56,680 nucleotides of DNA from contig CAZLTB010000003.1 of the NCBI GenBank assembly GCA_964562505.1, positions 1 through 56,680 of the forward strand, read 5' to 3'. Within the stretch, counting starts at the first letter, position 1, and the number at the start of each line of letters is the position of its first letter. This document shows, one piece after another, positions 17,236 to 26,025 of the stretch. Source of the stretch: an uncultured Candidatus Saccharibacteria bacterium (GTDB lineage Bacteria; Patescibacteriota; Saccharimonadia; Saccharimonadales; CAZLTB01). The notes beneath the pieces are model-generated. The model made no database searches, had not been told where the DNA came from, and saw nothing but the letters and a program-made list of their open reading frames with translations. Position numbers and translations under genes: made by a program.

Positions 17236-18539
17236 GTTCGGGCACGGTGATCTCCATTAAAGATTTGGTAGTGCGTGTTCAGTTTGCTGATGAGGCACTT
17301 GCAGCTGGAGAGCTGTTAGCAGTAGATAATGGGCAGGGAACAAATCTATTGATTGACCACATGGAACCAGGTGGTATTGCATTATGTTTGAATATGAGAA
17401 GCGACAAGCAAATCGAGAAGGGCATGTCTGTCGATCGGACTAAACAAAGTATCCAGATACCAGTTGGCAAGCAGATGATAGGACGCATATTAGATGCGTT
17501 TGGTCAGCCGATTGATTCGTTGCCACCGATAAGCGGTGAAGATCTGAAATACAAAGACATTTTTAAATTACCACCACGCTCTACTGACTTCAAAATCGGC
17601 CAGCCTGAACTTCTGGAAACGGGTATCAAGGTCATTGATTTCTTCACGCCCTTCGTTAAGGGACGTAAGATCGGAATCATCGGCGGAGCTGGGGTTGGTA
17701 AGACTGTAACCACCATGGAGTTAATTAACAATGTCGCTAAAAGTGGTGCCGGCATGGCATTTTTTGCAGGTATTGGCGAGCGTATTCGTGAAGGACATGA
17801 GTTGTGGGATACGCTGAAGCACAATGATCTTCTGAAAAATACCTGTATGTTCTTTGCCCAAATGAATGAAAATCCGGTGCAACGCTCACTGGTGGCGACG
17901 TCTGCAGTTGCTCTGGCTGAACATTTTAGAGATGAAGAGAATAAAGATATTCTGTTCTTTGCTGATAATATGTATCGCTATGTGCAAGCCCGCAACGAAT
18001 TGTCAACCATTCTTGATCAAGTACCAAGCGAAGGCGGTTATGAACCGACACTATTCTCTGACGTAAAAACTCTGCAGGATCGGCTTAGTTCTAATGAACT
18101 AGGTTCGATTACGTCCGTTCAGACAATTTACGTTCCGGCTGACGATTTGAGCGATCCTGCCGTCCAGATGATACAGCATGAGCTAGACTCTACAATTGTT
18201 TTGAGTAGAAAAGTAGCTGAACAAGGAATCCGTCCTGCCGTCGATCTGACGCGCACATCTTCATCGCTTCTAACGCCTGACGTTGTTGGCGATAGGCATT
18301 ATATTTTGAGTGTCCAAGTTCAGGAGCTTTTGCAGAAGTATGAATCACTCAAAGGTATCATTGCGATTATTGGTGAAAACGAATTGTCAGCGACTGATAG
18401 AGCTGATTATTCGAAAGCCAAGAAACTCATCGCTAACTTTAGCCAAAATTTAAATGTAATGACAAAGCAAACTGGTATAAAAGGCGATTATTTTACGCGT
18501 GAACAAACGCTAATAAGCATTGAGGAGATTGTTGCCTAA
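17232..18539 (+). CDS. atpD: F1 ATPase subunit beta (short C-terminus)
   Basis: 435 aa. It has the Walker A motif GGAGVGKT, and also FAGIGERIREG, GSITSVQTIYVPADDLSDPA and the DELSEED-region variant GENELSATD. Confidence 0.9.
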   Translation: MSSGTVISIKDLVVRVQFADEALAAGELLAVDNGQGTNLLIDHMEPGGIALCLNMRSDKQIEKGMSVDRTKQSIQIPVGKQMIGRILDAFGQPIDSLPPISGEDLKYKDIFKLPPRSTDFKIGQPELLETGIKVIDFFTPFVKGRKIGIIGGAGVGKTVTTMELINNVAKSGAGMAFFAGIGERIREGHELWDTLKHNDLLKNTCMFFAQMNENPVQRSLVATSAVALAEHFRDEENKDILFFADNMYRYVQARNELSTILDQVPSEGGYEPTLFSDVKTLQDRLSSNELGSITSVQTIYVPADDLSDPAVQMIQHELDSTIVLSRKVAEQGIRPAVDLTRTSSSLLTPDVVGDRHYILSVQVQELLQKYESLKGIIAIIGENELSATDRADYSKAKKLIANFSQNLNVMTKQTGIKGDYFTREQTLISIEEIVA

Positions 18540-18835
18540 TGCCTGAGGACGCAGCAAAGTCTCAAATTAAAGATGCGCCAAAAATTACTGCTAACCAGAT
18601 GCATGTCAGGGTACATTCACCGTTCAGAGTCTACTTCGATGGCTTGGCCACCAGTATATCGGCCGTTAATGACACCGGACCTTTTGATATTCTGGCTAGA
18701 CACCATAATTTTATGACACTGCTCAATCCTTGTGATGTGATGGTTCGCACTGAGCGAGGTGAGGAGAAAATCCCAATCCAGCGCGGTATTATGCACGTAA
18801 AGGCCGATCAAGTAGTTGTCTTTTTGGACGTGTGA
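18539..18835 (+). CDS. atpC: F1 ATPase subunit epsilon, beta-sandwich domain only
   Basis: 98 aa. A TAATG overlap links it to beta. HVRVHSPFRVYFDG...GPFDILARHHNFMTLL...GIMHVKADQVVVFLD matches the epsilon N-terminal domain. There is no C-terminal helical hairpin. Confidence 0.7.
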   Translation: MPEDAAKSQIKDAPKITANQMHVRVHSPFRVYFDGLATSISAVNDTGPFDILARHHNFMTLLNPCDVMVRTERGEEKIPIQRGIMHVKADQVVVFLDV

Positions 18836-19033
18836 ATGCATTAAGCTTGTGCTTTATGGTTTTATGTGTTATGTTTAAGAAGTTAAATAAAATTAAAAAT
18901 ACAAGCTTCAAACTTTGTCTGGTCGTCGAGACGTTTTGACTGACCGTTCTCCAACCTAAAACCAGGCGTAGTTTCAAGATAATCCATAACGATAAACTAA
19001 ACGCCGCTAACTATCTGTTAGAATAGATTAGCT

Positions 19034-20128
19034 ATGGCAAAAAAAGTATTTGTCGGTATGAGCGGGGGAGTTGACTCCTCGGTCACGGCGGCTCTGTTGA
19101 AAAAGCAGGGCTATGATGTAGTTGGTGTCTATATGAAAAATTGGAGCCAAGACCTGCCCGGTTTGCGTTGTCCATGGAAAAGCGACTTTCAAGATGCCAA
19201 ACGTGTGGCAGTACAGCTCGGCATACCATTTAAGATGTACGATTTTGAAAAACAATATCGACATAAAGTGGTTGATTATATGGTTGCTGAATATAAAGCT
19301 GGCAGAACTCCCAACCCGGATATTATGTGCAATCAGGAAATAAAGTTTCGCCTATTTCTTGATACTGCGCTTGAAGACGGTGCAGATATGATTGCAACGG
19401 GTCACTACGCTAGAAGTATTGACGGTAAGCTTTTAGTAAGTCAGGATAAAAATAAAGATCAAACTTATTTCTTGTATAGAGTTAGCCAGGAGGCGTTGAC
19501 CAAATCTCTTTTTCCTATCGGCGAGTTTATTTCTAAAAATGAGGTAAGAAAGACAGCCAAGAAGTTAGGGCTAGTAACTGCGGACAAGAAAGACTCACAA
19601 GGCATTTGTTTTGTTGGAAAAGTGGGTATCAAAGATTTTTTGTTGCACGAACTTGGACCTCAAAATTCAGGCCCAATTATTGACCAGAATAATAATGTAA
19701 TCGGCGAGCATGACGGGGCTATATTTTACACAATTGGTCAACGTCACGGACTGGATGTTGGTGGCGGGTTACCGTACTACGTTGTCGGTAAAAACATGGC
19801 CAAAAACGAAGTTTACGTTACCACAAAGCTAGATGATGAACGTCTTTGGCATGATGAGCTTGATTTGACAAGTATTCACTGGATAAATACCAAGCCGGAT
19901 CCTAAAAAAGCTTATCAAGTACGTACTCGTTACAGAGCCCCACTTGTGAATTGCAAGATAAACGGTACCAGGCTTAAGTTAGACGAGCCAGTCCGGGCGG
20001 TTACGCCTGGTCAATCAGCTGTTATTTATGATGGAGAAATAGTAGTCGGTGGCGGGATTGTGGGCATAACAAGCGCGCCATCTGTGTTAGCATTGGCTAG
20101 TAATGAAGCCTTACCAATCAGTTCTTGA
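19034..20128 (+). CDS. mnmA: tRNA-specific 2-thiouridylase MnmA
   Basis: It has the PP-loop GMSGGVDSSV, and also NPDIMCN and DSQGICFVG. Confidence 0.92.
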   Translation: MAKKVFVGMSGGVDSSVTAALLKKQGYDVVGVYMKNWSQDLPGLRCPWKSDFQDAKRVAVQLGIPFKMYDFEKQYRHKVVDYMVAEYKAGRTPNPDIMCNQEIKFRLFLDTALEDGADMIATGHYARSIDGKLLVSQDKNKDQTYFLYRVSQEALTKSLFPIGEFISKNEVRKTAKKLGLVTADKKDSQGICFVGKVGIKDFLLHELGPQNSGPIIDQNNNVIGEHDGAIFYTIGQRHGLDVGGGLPYYVVGKNMAKNEVYVTTKLDDERLWHDELDLTSIHWINTKPDPKKAYQVRTRYRAPLVNCKINGTRLKLDEPVRAVTPGQSAVIYDGEIVVGGGIVGITSAPSVLALASNEALPISS

Positions 20129-21299
20129 GTATATTGATAAATATTGGGATCAGGCCGTATTTGTACCGCGTGTTTTCGTGTTGGGAAACCCACGTAATTT
20201 ACTATTGCAGCTCGGTAGAATTCGTTTGCCCAACCCGGCCGTAGCACCGAATCATCTGTACTTTGCTGGATCGCAGTATTACTGGGATAGTTATTTCACG
20301 ATTTTAGGACTGATTGACAGTGGCCGCGGCGAACTAGCCAAAGGCATGGTTGATAACTTAGATTATTTGTACGGAAAATTCGGTTTAATACCTGCCAGAA
20401 ATGCGCTTACCAGTATCGGTAGAACGCAGCCCCCATTTTTAACTTCAATGATATGGGAAATCTACGACAATGGGTTGGCTGATAGGGAATGGCTCGATAA
20501 ATTAATGATTCTAGCATCTGCTGAGTATGAAAAGGTCTGGAACGGAGGTCAGAGGGCTGTACCAGATCTCGGACTCAATAGATACCAACCACATCATTTG
20601 CGTAAACTTCTGACAGTTTATGAATCAGGTTGGGATGTTTCTACGCGTTTTGCGCTAGGTCGAATCAGTGTTGTCCCGATTGATTTAAATTGTCTCTTAT
20701 ATAAATACGAAGTTGACCTACTAAGATGGGCAAATCTAAGGGGTGATAAAAGGGTGGCCGAAATCTGGGAAGATAGAGCTAAGCTTCGTAAGGCAGCCAT
20801 TGATAATTATTTATGGGATGAAAAGAACGGGTTTTTCTACGATTATGATTTGCAAACCGGAAAGCGCGATAGTCTACGAACCCTGGCAGGTTATTTTGCG
20901 TTATGGTGTGGCGTAGCAACTCAAAAACAAGCCGAACGCTGCCTCGAGCAGTTATTGATTTTTGAGAAAGATTACGGACTTGTTAACACCGAAAAAATAC
21001 CGTGGAAACACCGGCAATGGGATTATCCTAATGGCTGGCCACCGCTTCAGTACATTGTTATTAAAGGACTGTCTAAGTACGGTTTTAATGATGAGGCCAG
21101 CAAACTAACCAAAAAATGGCTGGATTTTATAGCCAGGGTTTTTGATCATACGGGTCAGCTATGGGAAAAATACGACGTAGTTCATGGCCGTATCGGTCGA
21201 CGCGGCAGATATCCAACACAGCCAGGTTTTGCCTGGACTAACGCTGTCTTTTTGCGTCTGCTTCACGAAACCAGTCATCAACTCCTAGATAAGAATTAA
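20103..21299 (+). CDS. Trehalase, GH37 family, second short paralogue
   Basis: 398 aa. It has YYWDSYF, RTQPPFL, GWDVSTRF, QWDYPNGWPPLQ and GFAWTNAVF. Its 5' end overlaps mnmA by 26 nt. Confidence 0.8.
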   Translation: MKPYQSVLEYIDKYWDQAVFVPRVFVLGNPRNLLLQLGRIRLPNPAVAPNHLYFAGSQYYWDSYFTILGLIDSGRGELAKGMVDNLDYLYGKFGLIPARNALTSIGRTQPPFLTSMIWEIYDNGLADREWLDKLMILASAEYEKVWNGGQRAVPDLGLNRYQPHHLRKLLTVYESGWDVSTRFALGRISVVPIDLNCLLYKYEVDLLRWANLRGDKRVAEIWEDRAKLRKAAIDNYLWDEKNGFFYDYDLQTGKRDSLRTLAGYFALWCGVATQKQAERCLEQLLIFEKDYGLVNTEKIPWKHRQWDYPNGWPPLQYIVIKGLSKYGFNDEASKLTKKWLDFIARVFDHTGQLWEKYDVVHGRIGRRGRYPTQPGFAWTNAVFLRLLHETSHQLLDKN

Positions 21300-21326
21300 G
21301 CTGGATGGGCGTCTAACCCTTCAACT

Positions 21327-22037
21327 TCATTTTAGTTGATGTTGTCGTTCGCTTACTTCGCTGTCTACTAATGTCTCCCCACCACCGAATAAACGTGGCT
21401 TAAGCAGCAACAATCTCAAAATAACTATAAAAATGTAGATACCAAGTCCAAAGACGACAAAAGCCCCAAGCGTATAGAGCCACCCGCTAATATTATTGAG
21501 GTTTCCGATACCAATCCTTCCGCAGAGAATTGAGAATGGCAGCAGGGTTTGAATGAAGAAGATTGAGTAAATAAACCCCAATAATAGAGCCACAGAAGCT
21601 ATGATTAAGCGTTTCCCTATATCTTCTTCGAAAACTTGCCTCTTGGCGCTGAAGTAAAAAAGACGATGAGCTGTATCGCTGAGAGACACACTTGTTTTAC
21701 CAAGTCCAGTTAGTAGCATGTAGATCACTAGGCCGACAAGACACCAAAAAGCAAAGAATACTAATTTGTTGAGGACTGGATTGCTGAAAGTTGTATCGAA
21801 AATGGTATCTACGGTGTTGCGGCCTGCTTGTATGACTTCGGTTGAACTGTTGGGACCGAAAAACAGATCGTACAGAAAGCCGGTACGCGCATTATAAGAA
21901 AGTGTCGCAATCAGGAGCATAAAAGCACTTATTCCACTGCAGAATAAGACGCTGGCCAAGGAGGGTGTCACTAAAACACCGACAAACTTAATGCGACCCA
22001 TGGACAGATAGTAACGAATAATGCTTATGCAGCGCAA
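21327..22037 (-). CDS. Polytopic membrane protein, unknown function
   Basis: 236-aa ORF with 4-5 hydrophobic segments. The start could instead be Met13 (22001). Confidence 0.5.
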   Translation of the reverse strand: MRCISIIRYYLSMGRIKFVGVLVTPSLASVLFCSGISAFMLLIATLSYNARTGFLYDLFFGPNSSTEVIQAGRNTVDTIFDTTFSNPVLNKLVFFAFWCLVGLVIYMLLTGLGKTSVSLSDTAHRLFYFSAKRQVFEEDIGKRLIIASVALLLGFIYSIFFIQTLLPFSILCGRIGIGNLNNISGWLYTLGAFVVFGLGIYIFIVILRLLLLKPRLFGGGETLVDSEVSERQHQLK

Positions 22038-22085
22038 TCAATTTATGCAAATTGGCACGTCATAATCTGATAGACTATTACAGAT

Positions 22086-23993
22086 ATGAATGCTCAAGAA
22101 ATCAGACGGGCTTATTTGAAATTTTTTGAAGAGCGTGGACACAAAGTTATTCCGCGAGCTCTTTTGGTGCCGCAAGATGATCCGACCACTTTGTTTACCG
22201 GCAGTGGCATGCAGCCAATGATCCCCTACCTTCTCGGAGAAAAACACCCTAAAGGAACAAGACTAGCTGATAGCCAGGTATGTTTTCGTGCACAAGATAT
22301 CGACGATATTGGCGACGATAAGCACACAACATGCTTCGAAATGCTTGGTAACTGGTCTCTCGGTGATTACTACAAAGCAGAACAGATTCAGTGGATCGCT
22401 GAATTTTTATTTGATGTAATTGGACTTGATCCACAAAAAATTTATGTGTCGTGCTACATAGGTAACGAAAAATATAAAATTCCTCGTGACTATGAAGCAA
22501 TAAAACTCTGGCAAAAAGAATTTAGTAAGCGGGGCATTGAAGCCAAAATAGTTGAGCTGGGTTCAACAGCTAGTGGTGCAAAGCTGGGCATGCAAGGAGG
22601 TAGAATCTTTTTGTATGATGGCAAAGAAAATTGGTGGAGTAGAAATGGTGATGAAGAGAATACTTTAGTCGGCGATCCTTGTGGGCCCGACTCTGAAATG
22701 TTTTATGATTTTGGCGAGGAATTTCATGATGATTCAAAATGGGGAAAAGCTCACCCGGCCAGCGATTCACCCAGATTCTTTGAGATTGGTAACAATGTGT
22801 TTATGGGATATAAAAAAACCGACAAAGGTTTCGTTAAATTAGATGCGCCAAATATAGACCACGGCTCAGGTCTCGAGCGAATTGCCGCAGCTGCAATTGA
22901 TAGTCCTGATGTTTTTAAAATCAGCTTACTATGGCCGATTATTGAGGAGCTGGAAAAACTTAGTGGCAAGAACTATGAAAGCCACACCACAAGCATGCGT
23001 GTAATCGCTGATCATATAAAAGGTGCCACATTCTTGGCTGTTGATGGCGTTGTGCCGAGTAACAAAGAGCAAGGCTATGTCATGCGTCGTCTGATACGGC
23101 GCGCGATCCGCTTTGCTTTTGAGCTTGGCATTGAACAAAATTTCCTGGAAGAGGTTGTTCCAATAATTGCCGATCTTTATCATGACGATTTCCCGGAAGT
23201 TGCTAAAAAGCGGAACGAAGTTATTAGCACGTTGATGAAAGAAGAAAAAATCTTCCGTCAAACTCTTAGGAAGGGATTAAGTGTACTTAAAAAGATGGCT
23301 GAATCTAACAAGGACGACAAGGGAGAAATTATGATCAGGGGCGATCTTGTAATTTTTCCTATGTATGACACTTATGGCTTTCCAGTGGAGCTCACCCTTG
23401 AAGAGACATTCAAAAATGGCTGGAAAGTATATGATGAGTGGCAGAAACAATTTGATATCAAGATGAATGAGCAACGAAAGCGTTCTCGAACTGCCACCCA
23501 GGGGGAGTTCAAAGGTGGTCTTGGTGGACATAGTGACATTCACAAGAAATATCACACAGCTACCCATTTGATGTATAAGGCACTTCGCATGGTGCTAGGT
23601 GACCACGTCGTGCAGCGAGGAAGTAATATCACTGAAGAAAGACTAAGGTTTGATTTTTCTCACCCCGAAAAGGTTACTCCCGAACAGATTAAAGAAGTTG
23701 AAAAAATCGTCAACGACGCAATCAAGAAAGACTTCCCAATGGGTTACAAAGAATATCCGACCAAAGAAGCTCTGGCAAAGGGTGCACTAGGGGCGTTTGG
23801 TGATCGCTACGGCGATACGGTCAAAGTCTATGCGGCGGGATTTGAGGGTGAGGAACCATTTAGCTTTGAAATATGCGGCGGTCCTCACGTAGAACATACT
23901 GCTCAACTAGCCGAAGGTGGTAAACACTTCAAAATTACCAAAGAAGAAGCCAGCTCAGCTGGAGTAAGACGCATAAAGGCAGTCTTATCCTAG
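22086..23993 (+). CDS. alaS: Alanyl-tRNA synthetase, truncated architecture (catalytic, tRNA-recognition and editing domains; no C-Ala domain)
   Basis: 635 aa. The N-terminus is EIRRAYLKFFEERGHKVIP...DPTTLFTGSGMQP. The editing-site motifs are HTATHLMYKAL and CGGPHV. Confidence 0.88.
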   Translation: MNAQEIRRAYLKFFEERGHKVIPRALLVPQDDPTTLFTGSGMQPMIPYLLGEKHPKGTRLADSQVCFRAQDIDDIGDDKHTTCFEMLGNWSLGDYYKAEQIQWIAEFLFDVIGLDPQKIYVSCYIGNEKYKIPRDYEAIKLWQKEFSKRGIEAKIVELGSTASGAKLGMQGGRIFLYDGKENWWSRNGDEENTLVGDPCGPDSEMFYDFGEEFHDDSKWGKAHPASDSPRFFEIGNNVFMGYKKTDKGFVKLDAPNIDHGSGLERIAAAAIDSPDVFKISLLWPIIEELEKLSGKNYESHTTSMRVIADHIKGATFLAVDGVVPSNKEQGYVMRRLIRRAIRFAFELGIEQNFLEEVVPIIADLYHDDFPEVAKKRNEVISTLMKEEKIFRQTLRKGLSVLKKMAESNKDDKGEIMIRGDLVIFPMYDTYGFPVELTLEETFKNGWKVYDEWQKQFDIKMNEQRKRSRTATQGEFKGGLGGHSDIHKKYHTATHLMYKALRMVLGDHVVQRGSNITEERLRFDFSHPEKVTPEQIKEVEKIVNDAIKKDFPMGYKEYPTKEALAKGALGAFGDRYGDTVKVYAAGFEGEEPFSFEICGGPHVEHTAQLAEGGKHFKITKEEASSAGVRRIKAVLS

Positions 23994-24006
23994 GCTTTTG
24001 GCTTTT

Positions 24007-24645
24007 TTATTCTTCTGCGAAATCTATGCGTTCTTCAATAAAGCCTTCGTAATCCGGCTGTAACCGAGACAATAGATTAACAAAAGTCGCAGAATCCCCG
24101 TCATTCAAATAGTGCACCCACCCTTGCTGTTGCATAAATTGTAATACCTCATTGGCGGTCGGATATTGTCTTTCGTGTTCTTCACGCAACAGATGTCCAA
24201 CAGCACCGAAAACCGCTTCATTAATAAGCTGTGGTGGCATTTCAGCCGCAGTTAGCAAAAAATATTGGTTTATTTCCTCCTGGAAGTATGTTTCAGGGTC
24301 AAAAAACTCTAATACTGCCAAGTCTTCATCTAATGTATGCGGCTTGCCATCTGCAGAGAGTCCTATTAGTACATTCGATATTTCTGCCATATCTTTCCGC
24401 CAAAGATCAAAGTTTTCAATAGCATGTATTTCTATTGTGTCAGCTGAAAATAGTGTTACAGACTGCGGTTGAGCATCTATCCATGCATTGTCTACTTGCT
24501 TTTTAGACATTAAATCTCCAGGATCGACATTGAAATAGTTGACGCATTCCAGGTGTATACGCTGCCGAGTCTCTCTAACACTAGAGTCAAGAGGCACGCC
24601 AACTGGTAGTAATGACTCACCACCAAAAAACAGACCTTCGTCCAT
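24007..24645 (-). CDS. Hypothetical acidic cytosolic protein (212 aa)
   Basis: Long ORF on the opposite strand between alaS and the ftsA-like gene. No recognisable family. Confidence 0.55.
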   Translation of the reverse strand: MDEGLFFGGESLLPVGVPLDSSVRETRQRIHLECVNYFNVDPGDLMSKKQVDNAWIDAQPQSVTLFSADTIEIHAIENFDLWRKDMAEISNVLIGLSADGKPHTLDEDLAVLEFFDPETYFQEEINQYFLLTAAEMPPQLINEAVFGAVGHLLREEHERQYPTANEVLQFMQQQGWVHYLNDGDSATFVNLLSRLQPDYEGFIEERIDFAEE

Positions 24646-24730
24646 TTCTATATTATAGAATAAAAATTAACACGAAACGATCAGTGGTTTATAAATTAAG
24701 ACCCCTGATTGTGCTACAATTATCAAGATT

Positions 24731-26023
24731 ATGCTTGATAAATTAAAGGGTATACCCAACTCTGTTCTCAGTCGCAAAAACAAGCCCAAAGATGACAGCA
24801 ATTATGTTGTAGCGCTTGATATAGGTACTGAGTTTATCAAAGCTCTGATTGGCAAAATAGCTGGCGATCAAATAGAGATAATAGGGGTCGGACGTAAACA
24901 CCAGCAGCTAACTGATATGCAGGCTGGAGCAATTGCCGATATTGGAGCAGTCGTCGGTAATTGTGACGCAGCTTTAAACGAAGCCGAACAACAAGCTGGA
25001 GTGAGCGTGCGAACCGCCATTATTGGTATAGCCGGCGAGTTAGTTAAAGGCACAACTACAACTGTCCGCTGCACACGCACCGATCCAAATAAACCTCTGA
25101 GTGTAGCTGAACTGGAGAAAATAATCGGTCTTGTTCAAGAGCGTGCTCAATCAAAAGCCAAGCAACAATTGATGTGGGAGCTCGGCGGCAAGCAAGTGGA
25201 GATTCGTTTAGTAAACAGTGCTTTAGTAGAAATAGATATTGATGGCTATAAAGTCACAAACCCTGTCGGTTTTCAGGGTAAAGACGTGGTCGTCCATTTA
25301 TATACAGCATTTGCACCCTTGATACACATTGGTGCGTTGGAACGGACGGCCCAGGAACTTGACCTTGATTTATTGGCAGTAGCTGCCGAGCCATTCGCGG
25401 TAGCCCGATCAGTTATCGGTAATGATCCCAATGCCAATATGAGTGCAGTACTCATGGACGTGGGCGGTGGTACGACCGACATAGCGGTTATTAATGAAGG
25501 TGGCGTACAAGGCACCAAGATGTTCGGTATAGGTGGCAGAGCTTTTACTAGAGCAATTGAGCGTGAAGTGGATGTAGATTTTAAGAAAGCTGAAGAGTTA
25601 AAGCTTAACGTCGGTACCGATAAGATCCCAGAACGCAAACGTACTGCAGTTATAAACGCGCTTCACAAAACTCTGGACGTATGGGTAAGTGGCGTAGAAT
25701 TGGCGCTTGGTGAATTTACCAAACTCGATCATTTACCTCATCATCTGCTGCTTTGCGGGGGTGGCTCTAGCCTTGATATGCTTATGGACAGGCTTGAAGA
25801 ATCAAACTGGCACCACGATCTTCCATTTACTAAAAGACCGACAATTCAGCACATTCAGCCTGAACAGGTGGTAGGTATTCGGGATAAAACAGGACATGTT
25901 ACGGACCATACGTTCATAACCGCCATGGGGCTGCTCAGAGTCGGCCTTGATACACTAATGCAGCAGGATAATCGTCCGGTTAGCTCTGTGCGTGAAAGAA
26001 TTGATAGGATGCTTAGGATTTAA
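24731..26023 (+). CDS. ftsA: FtsA-like actin-fold (ASKHA) ATPase
   Basis: 430 aa. It has VALDIGTEFIKALIG (phosphate 1), DVGGGTTDIAVINEGG...GIGGRAFTRAIE (phosphate 2/adenosine) and LLCGGGS. The basic C-terminal tail is RERIDRMLRI. Confidence 0.7.
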   Translation: MLDKLKGIPNSVLSRKNKPKDDSNYVVALDIGTEFIKALIGKIAGDQIEIIGVGRKHQQLTDMQAGAIADIGAVVGNCDAALNEAEQQAGVSVRTAIIGIAGELVKGTTTTVRCTRTDPNKPLSVAELEKIIGLVQERAQSKAKQQLMWELGGKQVEIRLVNSALVEIDIDGYKVTNPVGFQGKDVVVHLYTAFAPLIHIGALERTAQELDLDLLAVAAEPFAVARSVIGNDPNANMSAVLMDVGGGTTDIAVINEGGVQGTKMFGIGGRAFTRAIEREVDVDFKKAEELKLNVGTDKIPERKRTAVINALHKTLDVWVSGVELALGEFTKLDHLPHHLLLCGGGSSLDMLMDRLEESNWHHDLPFTKRPTIQHIQPEQVVGIRDKTGHVTDHTFITAMGLLRVGLDTLMQQDNRPVSSVRERIDRMLRI

Positions 26024-26025
26024 AC

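Noticed and set aside
18836-19033. AT-rich 198-nt gap after atpC containing an 8-bp inverted repeat (aagcttgt...acaagctt) 50 nt apart.
   Set aside because: The arms are too far apart and AT-rich for a stable terminator or a known RNA. The gap most likely holds only the operon end and the mnmA promoter (TGtTAGAAT at 19016..19024).
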